Source of the DNA: an uncultured Prevotellaceae bacterium
Lineage (GTDB): Bacteria > Bacteroidota > Bacteroidia > Bacteroidales > Bacteroidaceae
Assembly: GCA_902782305.1 (NCBI GenBank)
Contig: CACZMV010000005.1
Coordinates: 9,008-73,007, forward strand
Direction of reading: 5' to 3'
DNA length: 64,000 nt
A program made the translations under genes and the position numbers. The notes under the pieces were generated by a model. That model was not told the DNA's origin, searched no databases, and was given only the letters and a program-made list of their open reading frames with translations. Below, piece after piece: positions 1-8,484 of the stretch. Every line of letters begins with the position of its first letter. Position 1 is the first letter of the stretch.

Positions 1-147
1 ATCGACATCATCAATCACTATCCTGACTGTCAGCAGAGCTCGTTCGGTCCCACATGGCATACTATCAACGACGATATGCAACACATTGACAAGAACACGC
101 TGCAAGCCGTAGGCCAGACGCTAGTGCAGTTGATTTATTCGGAATAA
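1..147 (+). CDS. 3' end of M28-family peptidase / glutaminyl cyclase-like protein (partial)
   Basis: Frame 1 is open from base 1 and reads IDIINHYPDCQQSSFGPTWHTINDDMQHIDKNTLQAVGQTLVQLIYSE*. WHTxxDD..IDxxTL is the typical M28 C-terminus. Confidence 0.8.
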   Translation: MDIINHYPDCQQSSFGPTWHTINDDMQHIDKNTLQAVGQTLVQLIYSE

Positions 148-154
148 GAAATTA

Positions 155-189
155 TCATTTCTCACTTCTCATTTCTCATTCCTCATTTA
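155..189 (-). repeat. Heptamer (AAATGAG) arm, outer part only
   Basis: tcatttctcacttctcatttctcattcctcattta; nearly identical to 10034-10068; contains the TAA stop of DUF4294. Confidence 0.9.
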
Positions 190-807
190 CAATTGTCCTG
201 CTTCCACCATCAGCACGACACGCTCGGTAAGTCGGTCAACCCCTTCGGGGTCATACTCTTTCTTGAGTGAAGCACCAAAGGCCCATGCAAAGGCCTGATA
301 GAAGCCGGCACGTATAGGTCCCAGGAAAGCCTGTATTAGTTCGTAACCAGACGAATGACTTTCACGGTAAATCAATTTGATGAGCAACTTACCCTGTGAA
401 TAGGTAAGCTTCTTCATGCGTGGTTTATATTCCTTCATGATACTCTTCTCTACCCTTTTCATGTGCTCATCCCTTGCTTCCTTGTTGGGCAATGTCTCCA
501 GATACTCAGCTGTCTCCATCATAATCATTCGAGCTTCCTTGGCAATGGGCAATACCGTCTTCACATTCTTCACCAGTCGCATATAGGCGTTCTGTTGTTT
601 CTTGCTGCTGAATGTGACAGGGGGAAACACATAGACATTATTCATCTCCATATACTGAATACTGTCTCCACCTTCGAACACCTTACCTACCTTCACGGTA
701 GGAACAAAGGTAGGACTGTCCATGTCCACCTCGTCTGTTCGTTTCGACTGTGCCATGCTCTGCACAGTGCTTAAAACAGCCAGAAAAAGGAGTATCTTTC
801 GTTTCAC
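187..807 (-). CDS. DUF4294 family exported protein
   Basis: Signal peptide; RLVKNVKTVLPIAK, LTYSQGKLLIKLIYRE and FGASLKKEYDP motifs typical of this Bacteroidota family; GTG start. Confidence 0.75.
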   Translation of the reverse strand: MKRKILLFLAVLSTVQSMAQSKRTDEVDMDSPTFVPTVKVGKVFEGGDSIQYMEMNNVYVFPPVTFSSKKQQNAYMRLVKNVKTVLPIAKEARMIMMETAEYLETLPNKEARDEHMKRVEKSIMKEYKPRMKKLTYSQGKLLIKLIYRESHSSGYELIQAFLGPIRAGFYQAFAWAFGASLKKEYDPEGVDRLTERVVLMVEAGQL

Positions 808-811
808 GGTG

Positions 812-871
812 CAAAAGTAGAAAATAAATACGAATTATGTGTATCGCTTTATGAATTATTTCATACCTTTG
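812..871. promoter_or_regulatory. Divergent pair of Bacteroidota -7 promoter elements
   Basis: TACTTTTG on minus (812-819) and TACCTTTG on plus (864-871) match TAnnTTTG; each lies 4 nt from a start codon. Confidence 0.65.
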
Positions 872-875
872 TAGT

Positions 876-2870
876 ATGAAACGGATAATATTTCTTTTTT
901 TAACATTATATTTCTCCACAGTCAACGCACAAACCCAGAACTGGCAGGATGCCTTACATCAATGGATGAACAGCGAAGACATGGAGGAGAGCTACGGACC
1001 AGAAACCATGGAATTGTTGGAAGAACTGGCAGAAACGAAGATCAACCTGAACCAGACTACACGAGAAGAGCTGGAACAGTTGCCTTTCTTGTCAGCCCAA
1101 CAAGTAGAAGCTATCGTAGAATACCTATACCGGTATGCCCCCATGCGTTCACTCAACGAATTGCAGATGATTACCTCCTTGGACTATGACACCCGTCAAC
1201 TCCTACTCTTTTTCGTTGAAATAGGACCAGAGAAGGCGAAACGCATCTGGCCTACCCTGCCGGATATTCAGCAAGACGGTCGTCACACCATTACCGGAAC
1301 CATCAAGATACCCTTCTATGAGCGCAAGGGCGATAGCGACAACTACTTGGGATATAAGTATCGCCACGACCTGCGCTATCAGTTCAACTATAAGAACCGT
1401 ATCAAGTTCGGATTGACAGCCGCACAAGATGCAGGAGAGCCTTTCTTTGCCAATTGCAACAAGGAAGGCTATGACTTTTACAGCTATTACCTGCAAATTC
1501 GCGACATGGGACGATTAGAAGGTCTGAACCTAGGCATGTATCGTGTCCAGTTGGGTATGGGACTGATTATGAACACGGGATTCCATTTGGGAAAGCTTGC
1601 CACCTTACAGTCCTTGGGTCGTAGCAGCCACACCATGACGGCCCATGCCTCACGTTCCCAGTATGGCTATCTGCGAGGAGCAGCAGCCACTATCCGCTTG
1701 TCACGCCAATGGCATCTTACAGCCTTCGTCTCCTATCGTCCTATGGACGCCACGCTCAATGCAGACGAGACTGCCCGCACCTTGCTTACTGATGGCTATC
1801 ATCGTACCCAGACAGAGATTGACAAGAAGAGCAACACCCATGAGACCGACTTAGGCATCAGTACAGGATGGCGCAAGGGTACCCTTTATATCAATGCCAA
1901 TGCAGTGTATACCCGTTTTGACCGACAGCTGAAACCCCAGAAAGAGAACGCCCTATATAAACAATATAATGCTGAGGGCAACGATTTCTTCAATGCCAGT
2001 CTGGACTATGGTTACACCAACCCGTTTTGGAGCATTTCTGGCGAGACAGCCCTGAATCGTGACGGCGCCTTGGCAGCTATCCATTCCATCAGTTTCCGTC
2101 CCACTGACACCTGGAAACTCACCGCCATACATCGTTATTACGACAAGCGCTATACAGCCTTGCATGCCAGCAGTTTTAGCGAGGGCAGCGGTGTCCAGAA
2201 CGAACACGGACTATACCTCGGAGCCACCTGGAATCCCTCCTGGTCCTGGCTTCTGCAAGGTTATGTTGACTACGCCCACTTCTCCTGGGCCCGCTATCTG
2301 GTCAGTTCTGAGAGTGATGCCTTCGATGCGCTGCTGTTGACACGCTATAGTAAAAAGCAATGGAGCGTTGACGCCCGCTATCGTTTCCACCTGCGCCAAC
2401 GGGATAATACGGATAATACCCTGCTCATCAATCGCTATGAGCATCGTCTCCGTCTGGGAAGCAGTTATAACCTGCTGTCCCAACTCACCTTGCGTACCCA
2501 GGCTGATGCAGCCATGGTTACGTGGGCTGGCAACAACACCAAAGGAGTGATGATCAGTCAGCAAGCCTTATGGCAATGGAAATTTCTGGAGACCAAAGCC
2601 TTTGTGGGCTGGTTTCATACCGATGACTATGACAGTCGCCTCTATCAGTACGAACCCTCTGTGCTCTACGACTACTCCTTCCCTGCCTTCTATGGGCATG
2701 GCATTCGCTACTCGCTCATGACCCAAGCCAAGATAGGCACTCATTTCATGGTGAGTGCCAAGATGGGGGTAACGAACTATTTCGACCGTTCTGTTATCAG
2801 TAGTGGGTTACAACAAATCAATGCGTCGTCCATGGCCGACCTGCTGTTGCAACTCCGTGTTATATTATAA
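876..2870 (+). CDS. ComEA-like helix-hairpin-helix protein with C-terminal outer-membrane beta-barrel-like region
   Basis: Signal peptide; INLNQTTREELEQLPFLS HhH motif; aromatic beta-strand-rich C-terminal two thirds. Confidence 0.75.
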   Translation: MKRIIFLFLTLYFSTVNAQTQNWQDALHQWMNSEDMEESYGPETMELLEELAETKINLNQTTREELEQLPFLSAQQVEAIVEYLYRYAPMRSLNELQMITSLDYDTRQLLLFFVEIGPEKAKRIWPTLPDIQQDGRHTITGTIKIPFYERKGDSDNYLGYKYRHDLRYQFNYKNRIKFGLTAAQDAGEPFFANCNKEGYDFYSYYLQIRDMGRLEGLNLGMYRVQLGMGLIMNTGFHLGKLATLQSLGRSSHTMTAHASRSQYGYLRGAAATIRLSRQWHLTAFVSYRPMDATLNADETARTLLTDGYHRTQTEIDKKSNTHETDLGISTGWRKGTLYINANAVYTRFDRQLKPQKENALYKQYNAEGNDFFNASLDYGYTNPFWSISGETALNRDGALAAIHSISFRPTDTWKLTAIHRYYDKRYTALHASSFSEGSGVQNEHGLYLGATWNPSWSWLLQGYVDYAHFSWARYLVSSESDAFDALLLTRYSKKQWSVDARYRFHLRQRDNTDNTLLINRYEHRLRLGSSYNLLSQLTLRTQADAAMVTWAGNNTKGVMISQQALWQWKFLETKAFVGWFHTDDYDSRLYQYEPSVLYDYSFPAFYGHGIRYSLMTQAKIGTHFMVSAKMGVTNYFDRSVISSGLQQINASSMADLLLQLRVIL

Positions 2871-3977
2871 TAAGGTGTGATAGAGACGTGCCACCTGACT
2901 CGCCACATCGTTTCCTTCGAACTTACGGATATACTCACGACTCTTGCGAATGCGCTCGTCGCGTCCTCGGGCTCCACGCAGTGACATCTTCAATGCCTCC
3001 GTCATCTCTATCACATTGTCTGGATCGACATACAAGCTGTGAGGACCGCCTGCCTCTTCCAGACACGAACCCGTGCAAGCCACTACGGGCAGACCTGCCG
3101 CTATCGCTTCAATAATAGGGATGCCAAATCCCTCATAACGGGAGGGATAGACAAACACCTCAGCCATCGCATAGATAGCAGCCAAATCGCTGTCGGGCAC
3201 CCCGCTCAGCATATGAATCCGGTCACTATGAGGTACCTGTTTGGCATATTCCGTCTGTCTGCCCACTGCCACCAAGTGAATATCCTGGGGCAACAGCTCC
3301 ACAGCCTCAGCAGCCAGTGCCAGGTTCTTTCGCTCTTCTATCGTACCCACGTTCAATACGAAACGTTGTGGCAATTTATACTGTTCCCGCACCTGAGCCT
3401 TACGCTCAGGTTTGATCTCACTGGAGAAACGGGGAGCAAAACTCTGGTAAATCAATTCTATGCGGTCAGCATACTGTTCCCCACCCAACTCAATGATGTC
3501 CTGACGAGTACGCTCGCTGATAGCGATGATGCGATCAGCTTCACGCAGTGCCTGACGGAATTTCCATTCATAGATGCGAGTGTCTATCCAGTGATAATAT
3601 TCAGGATGGCGCATAAATATCAAGTCATGGATGGTCACCACTCCACGGATACCCTTCTTTCGCAAGCCGATGGGCAACTCACCCGACAAGCCATGATACA
3701 GACTGACGCCATCACGCACTAGGTCGCTTACCACACTATGCGAGCGCCACCAAGCCTTTCTTAATGCAGAAGGATGCCCACTGGGATAGCAGAACTGCAC
3801 ATTACCGTCACCGATAATCTGTCCACGTAAATCGTCGCGCCCCTCATCAGGTGCATAGAGACGCAACTGCATCTCGCTGTCGCCCATCCTGATCAGGTCG
3901 TTCACCAGCGTACGTCCGTAACTACCCAGTCCCGTTCCATTGCGCACTATGCGCTTCGCATCAATACCAACAATCAT
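2865..3977 (-). CDS. Glycosyltransferase family 4 (GT-B)
   Basis: VVTIHDLIF, VGTIEERKNL and YPSRYEGFGIPIIEAIAAGLPV (E-x7-E) motifs. Confidence 0.92.
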   Translation of the reverse strand: MIVGIDAKRIVRNGTGLGSYGRTLVNDLIRMGDSEMQLRLYAPDEGRDDLRGQIIGDGNVQFCYPSGHPSALRKAWWRSHSVVSDLVRDGVSLYHGLSGELPIGLRKKGIRGVVTIHDLIFMRHPEYYHWIDTRIYEWKFRQALREADRIIAISERTRQDIIELGGEQYADRIELIYQSFAPRFSSEIKPERKAQVREQYKLPQRFVLNVGTIEERKNLALAAEAVELLPQDIHLVAVGRQTEYAKQVPHSDRIHMLSGVPDSDLAAIYAMAEVFVYPSRYEGFGIPIIEAIAAGLPVVACTGSCLEEAGGPHSLYVDPDNVIEMTEALKMSLRGARGRDERIRKSREYIRKFEGNDVASQVARLYHTLL

Positions 3978-3980
3978 CCA

Positions 3981-5072
3981 TTAAATAAATTCGTCACCGT
4001 ATTTCATTTGTACCTCATTGACATACTTGCGCACCATCGCAGAGGAATCGCCCTTCTTGCAGATCAGTAACACATTACCCTCCTCTGCCACGATATATCC
4101 GTCCAGCCCATTGATAACACCCAGGCGGTCCTTAGGCAGTTTGATGACATTATTATGCGAGTCCTCCAGCATTACATTCGAGTTGACAATCACATTGTCG
4201 TCCTCGCCCTTGCTCATACACTCGTAGATGGCATGCCACGTACCGAGGTCAGCCCATCCGAAGTCACACTTCATTACGTACACGTTCTGGCTATGTTCCA
4301 AGATGGCATAGTCGATGGACAGGTTGGGATAGCGTGGGTAGTTCTGGGCGACGTACTCCAGTTCCTCCTCATAGGTGTAGTTCGGGTTCTCAAATTTCAG
4401 GTTACGCAATACGCTGGGGAATATCTCCTCAAAGCATTGGGTCAAGTATCCAGTGTTCGAGATAAACACACCCGTGTTCCAATAGAATTCGCCACTCTCC
4501 ATGAACATCTTTGCAAACTCACGCTCAGGTTTCTCTGTGAACGATTTCACGCGGAACACCTCAGGCTTGCAACTCAAGTCGCCCAACTGGATATAGCCAT
4601 AGCCTGGCTCAGGACGCGTGGGCTTCACCCCCATTACCAACAACACATCATTTTCCGACACGTAGCTCAGACCTATCTCCAGGCTACGGGCAAACGATTC
4701 CTCGTTCATCACCATGTGGTCCGAAGGTGTTATGATAATGTTGGCATCAGGGTCTATCCGTTTGATACGCATATTAGCCCAAGCCACACTAGGTGCCGTA
4801 TTACGGTTCAAAGGCTCTACCAGTATCTTGTGCTCATCGAAGTCGGGCAATTGCTCCTTGACAATGGTCAAATACTCCTTACACGTACATATATATATGT
4901 TCTCTTTAGGGAGCAACTTAACAAAGCGGTCGTAAGTGGTCTGCAGCTGGGTGCGCCCCGTTCCAAAGAAGTCTATAAACTGTTTCGGATACTGGTCACG
5001 ACTACAAGGCCATAATCTGCGGCCGCGTCCACCTGCCAGTATCACGCAATAATTCTTGCTATTTATTTCCAT
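3981..5072 (-). CDS. manC: Mannose-1-phosphate guanylyltransferase
   Basis: VILAGGRGRRLWPCSR..PKQF, EPLNRNTAP, GYGYI, FTEKP and GWADLGTW motifs. Confidence 0.92.
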   Translation of the reverse strand: MEINSKNYCVILAGGRGRRLWPCSRDQYPKQFIDFFGTGRTQLQTTYDRFVKLLPKENIYICTCKEYLTIVKEQLPDFDEHKILVEPLNRNTAPSVAWANMRIKRIDPDANIIITPSDHMVMNEESFARSLEIGLSYVSENDVLLVMGVKPTRPEPGYGYIQLGDLSCKPEVFRVKSFTEKPEREFAKMFMESGEFYWNTGVFISNTGYLTQCFEEIFPSVLRNLKFENPNYTYEEELEYVAQNYPRYPNLSIDYAILEHSQNVYVMKCDFGWADLGTWHAIYECMSKGEDDNVIVNSNVMLEDSHNNVIKLPKDRLGVINGLDGYIVAEEGNVLLICKKGDSSAMVRKYVNEVQMKYGDEFI

Positions 5073-5180
5073 AGTATCATTATAGTATGCTATTTTCGAG
5101 TACGAAGGTACGGATTTTATTGTTATAAAACAAGAAAATAACCATCTTTTATAATAATTTCAGAAATAATTCCAAAAATA

Positions 5181-5216
5181 TTTTGTTTTTTGCTCACTTA
5201 TTCGTACCTTTGCACC
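5181..5216 (+). promoter_or_regulatory. tRNA promoter (shared ~37-bp promoter cassette)
   Basis: TTTG (-33) and TACCTTTG (-7, 5205-5212); near-identical to 9968-10004 and 57556-57592. Confidence 0.75.
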
Positions 5217-5223
5217 CGCTAAA

Positions 5224-5305
5224 GCCCAGATGGCGGAATCGGTAGACGCGCTGGTCTCAAACACCAGTGGGGCAACCCATCCCGGTTCGAGCCCGGGTCT
5301 GGGTA
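5224..5305 (+). tRNA. tRNA-Leu (anticodon CAA)
   Basis: Acceptor stem GCCCAGA/TCTGGGT, D-arm TGGCGGAATCGGTAGACGC, anticodon arm CTGGT-CTCAAAC-ACCAG, long variable arm, GGTTCGAGCC T-arm; CCA not encoded. Confidence 0.95.
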
Positions 5306-5309
5306 CACG

Positions 5310-5348
5310 AAATCCCTTGCGAACGGATGTTTGCAGGGGATTTTTTTT
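5310..5348 (+). terminator. Rho-independent terminator after tRNA-Leu
   Basis: Stem aaatcccttgcgaac/gtttgcaggggattt running into a T8 tract. Confidence 0.85.
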
Positions 5349-5365
5349 GAGTCGTAGGGAGGTCA

Positions 5366-5396
5366 TAGCAAGGGGGTAGCAAGGGGGTAGCAAGGG
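5366..5396 (+). repeat. 11-mer tandem repeat (TAGCAAGGGGG)n
   Basis: About 3 units; same family at 10430-10469 and 11762-11813. Confidence 0.85.
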
Positions 5397-5455
5397 ACAA
5401 GGAAGGGAAAAGGAAGTAAGACACAGGCAAGACGCAAGTAAGAAGTAAGGGAAAT

Positions 5456-5668
5456 GAAAAGAGGATGCGCTCATCACGAGTGCATCCTCATCTCTTACTA
5501 CTAACTAAACTACTAACTAAAACAATCAAAACATATGAAACAAACTTGCCGTATTCCTTATTTTTTAATCATATGGAATGCCTTGTTGGCAAGTGAAACT
5601 ACTACGTAATTAAAAATAATCATAACCTAAAACCAATTAATCCTTTAACAATCTTTTTTGTCTTTCGA
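5456..5668 (-). ncRNA. Candidate small RNA (~210 nt)
   Basis: Minus-strand promoter (TACCTTTG 5674-5681, TTTG 5701-5704, 19-nt spacer) and terminator hairpin gaggatgcgctc/gagtgcatcctc (5461-5489) followed by TTTT; no long ORF between them. Confidence 0.55.
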
Positions 5669-5767
5669 CAGTGCAAAGGTAGCGATTGTGTGCGAACACA
5701 CAAAGGGTTTTTGTCATTTTTGCAAGAAATATGCATTCTTCTTGATGTATATCAAAAAGGTTAGGTG

Positions 5768-6619
5768 TTAGAACGACACATAAGGGGCTAACCGCTCGAT
5801 AACCTCGGGCGGGAAATCCTTTGAAAGGCGGAGGTCTTGGAGGCTTTTCAAGTTGCCGTGCAGACGGCGATAGTCCATAATGGCCTTGGCCTGATAGAAA
5901 TTGATGTAAGGATGACGGCGCAGTTGCTGAAGCGTCAGCTTGTTCACGTTCAACTGCTGGGGATGAGCGTCCTCAATGACGAAATACTTCTTGGCGTCCT
6001 GCGGGAAATCCGCTATCTCGTCCAACTGGTCCACGCTGACGTAGCCACCCAGTCGCTGTCCGTAGCGCACAATCTCCTTGGCATAATAGCTGCCGATACC
6101 AGGCACCTTCCGTAAGGTGGCGGTATCGGCAGTATTCAGTACCACGTGTTCATTCTCCTCAATCTTTACGGGATAGCGCAAAGTGTCACGCTCCTGTCTT
6201 TCCTCCTTGATGAGCGTGGATGCCGGCAGATAGTCGCTGCTGATGCGGATATAAGGCTCCAGCCGGCGATAGTCCTTGACGGTCAGTCCGTAGAGCTTGG
6301 CAAAGTCCTCCTTCTTGCGGTAGATGCCACCCCGCGACCGGTATTTATAGATGTTACGCACTTGCCAGGGCTGCAGTCCCAAGCGTAGCAGTTGCGTGCT
6401 GTCAGCCGTATTTGGGTCGAAGGGGAACGTTTCTTTACGTTGTTCCGACCCATACGAACCGTAGTACTTTGCCTTTCGAACTGACGTACTTTGCCTCTTG
6501 GAATCCAGTTCTTTGCCTTTCGTACTGGGAGTCCGCCCCTCAGAAAAAAATAAGAGTACTGAGACCATCACGGCGACACATAGTGCCGCGATAGCTATCT
6601 TACGGTCATTCTTGTTCAT
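5768..6619 (-). CDS. Membrane-anchored ComEA-like helix-hairpin-helix protein
   Basis: N-terminal TM helix; three HhH units (FDPNTADSTQLLRLGL, LNTADTATLRKVPGIG, LNVNKLTLQQLRRHPYI). Confidence 0.85.
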   Translation of the reverse strand: MNKNDRKIAIAALCVAVMVSVLLFFSEGRTPSTKGKELDSKRQSTSVRKAKYYGSYGSEQRKETFPFDPNTADSTQLLRLGLQPWQVRNIYKYRSRGGIYRKKEDFAKLYGLTVKDYRRLEPYIRISSDYLPASTLIKEERQERDTLRYPVKIEENEHVVLNTADTATLRKVPGIGSYYAKEIVRYGQRLGGYVSVDQLDEIADFPQDAKKYFVIEDAHPQQLNVNKLTLQQLRRHPYINFYQAKAIMDYRRLHGNLKSLQDLRLSKDFPPEVIERLAPYVSF

Positions 6620-8019
6620 ATCATTCCCAGCTGATGAAGGAATACCAACATGATGGCGATGGGACAGACATAGCGCACCGCAAACAGGTAGGTATTGAAG
6701 AACCGATGGTTAAACTGTCCATCGTTGGTAAACTCGGTATGCACTGTCTTCTTAGGGATATACCAGCCCACGAACATACAGGTGAAGAAGCCACCCAACG
6801 GCAACATGTAGTCGGCCGTCAGCATGTCGCAGAAGTCCATCAGTGGAAGTCCCAGCACTTGGATGTCGTACGCCCCTACCGACCAGCTGCAGAACACGCA
6901 GAGCACGGAAGCGATGATGGTAGGTATCCAGGCCGACTTCATGCGAGGCAAGTGGAACTCCTCCGTAAAGAATGCCGTACCTATCTCATGCATGGAAATA
7001 GTTGATGTCAGGGCCGCAAATACCAGCAGGGCATAGAACATAACGCTGATCAGATATCCCGCAAACGGAAATCCTCCAAAGGCCTGTTGGAACACATTGG
7101 GCAGGGTGATGAAGATGAGCGACGGTCCGCTGTCCGGATTCACCCCCACCGAAAAAGCCGCAGGGAATATCATCAAGCCCGAAAGGATGGCTATCACGGT
7201 GTCGAGCAGCGCTATCTGTCCTGCTGAACGCAGCAGATTGGTCGTCTTCGAAAAATAGCTGGCATAGGTGCAGAGGCACGCCGTACCCAACGACAGGGAG
7301 AAGAACGCCTGTCCCAGTGCGTCGAGAAACACCCTCCTGTTCACCTTCGAGAAGTCGGGCTCAAAGAGGAACCGCACACCCTCCATCGCATTGGGCAACA
7401 AGCACGAGGCCACCACCAGTATCAATAACAAGATGAGCAAGATGGGCATCAACCACTTGGAAGCCCTTTCAATGCCCTTCCGTACGCCAAAGATGACCAC
7501 CACATGCGTCACTAGGATGAAGGCAACGCCCCAGATAACCGGTTTTATTGGATTGCTGGAGAAGGAAACAAAATAATTCTTCACAGCCTCAGCGTCACCC
7601 TGCAGTTGTCCTGCAATAGACGCCAACAAGTATTCCAGGCACCAGCCCGCCACCACGGCATAGAAACCCAAGATAATGGTACCCGTCAAGATGCCCAGAT
7701 AGCCCACCAGTTTCCATGGCTTACCCCTCGACAGTATGTCGTAGGCACGTGCCGCATTGGTCTGCGCATAGCGCCCCACCACAAACTCGCCAATCATGCC
7801 CGGTATGCCCAACAGCAGAATACACACGATATAAACCAGTATGAAGGCTGCACCACCGTTCTCGCCGGTCATATACGGAAATCGCCACACGTTGCCCAGT
7901 CCGACGGCCGACCCTGCCGTAGCCAGCACAATACCTAACTTGCTTCCGAAACTACCTCTTTTTGTGCCCCCTAAGTTAGGGGGTTGGGGGTCTGAACCAG
8001 CCTTACTATTTGCACTCAT
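6616..8019 (-). CDS. Sodium-dependent transporter, NSS/SNF family (paralog 1)
   Basis: AGSAVGLGNVWRFPY signature, GQAFFSLSLG, GPSLIFITLP; many TM segments; N-terminus includes repeat-derived GSDPQPPNLGG. Confidence 0.93.
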   Translation of the reverse strand: MSANSKAGSDPQPPNLGGTKRGSFGSKLGIVLATAGSAVGLGNVWRFPYMTGENGGAAFILVYIVCILLLGIPGMIGEFVVGRYAQTNAARAYDILSRGKPWKLVGYLGILTGTIILGFYAVVAGWCLEYLLASIAGQLQGDAEAVKNYFVSFSSNPIKPVIWGVAFILVTHVVVIFGVRKGIERASKWLMPILLILLLILVVASCLLPNAMEGVRFLFEPDFSKVNRRVFLDALGQAFFSLSLGTACLCTYASYFSKTTNLLRSAGQIALLDTVIAILSGLMIFPAAFSVGVNPDSGPSLIFITLPNVFQQAFGGFPFAGYLISVMFYALLVFAALTSTISMHEIGTAFFTEEFHLPRMKSAWIPTIIASVLCVFCSWSVGAYDIQVLGLPLMDFCDMLTADYMLPLGGFFTCMFVGWYIPKKTVHTEFTNDGQFNHRFFNTYLFAVRYVCPIAIMLVFLHQLGMI

Positions 8020-8484
8020 TATTGATATATGCTCTAATTATATTTATTACAGAATTAATATCTTTCTCAACTTCTTCATTCCTGAATCTCAAAACCTTAA
8101 TACGATTATTATTCAAGAACTCAGTCCTATCTATATCCTTCTCATGAATACTTTTAATATCATGTACTTCACCGTCCAATTCTATACATAGCCTTAAAGC
8201 TGGGCAATAGAAATCAAGCACATAGGGGCCAAAACCATGTTGTTGTCTGAACTTATAACCATCTATCTGTCTATTCTTTAAAAAACTCCATAGCTTTCGT
8301 TCCATCGGAGTTTCCGTTCGTCGTAACAACTGACGATATTCTTTTGTAGCTGGATGATTAGAATAGTTCATGAATCTTTTTTTATTATTATTTATACATA
8401 TTCCCTTGTTCAGACCCCCTGCCCCCTAACTTAGGGGGTGGATAGGTACCCTTGTTCAGACCCCCTGCCCCCTAACTTAGGGGG
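7967..8484. mobile_element. Putative inverted-repeat-bounded DUF559 cassette
   Basis: GTTCAGACCCCC(A/T)(A/G)CCCCCTAACTTAGGGGG on minus at 7967-7997 and on plus at 8403-8438 and 8449-8484 (tandem), enclosing an AT-rich nuclease gene. Confidence 0.55.
8006..8371 (-). CDS. DUF559 / Vsr-like endonuclease
   Basis: LRRTETPMERKLWSFL, KFRQQH.FGPYVLDFYC, IELDGEVH and D..R..FL...I.VLRFRNEEV motifs. Confidence 0.9.
   Translation of the reverse strand: MNYSNHPATKEYRQLLRRTETPMERKLWSFLKNRQIDGYKFRQQHGFGPYVLDFYCPALRLCIELDGEVHDIKSIHEKDIDRTEFLNNNRIKVLRFRNEEVEKDINSVINIIRAYINNECK

Noticed and set aside
5224-5400. tRNA-Leu as an integration site for an island
   Set aside because: No integrase, and I noticed no duplicated tRNA 3' end in the window.
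5160-5477. 105-aa ORF
   Set aside because: Antisense to tRNA-Leu, its terminator and the 11-mer repeats.
8403-8484. CRISPR array (36-bp direct repeats; also the heptamer and 22-mer arrays)
   Set aside because: Only two direct copies with a 10-nt gap, no unique spacers of regular length, and no cas genes.
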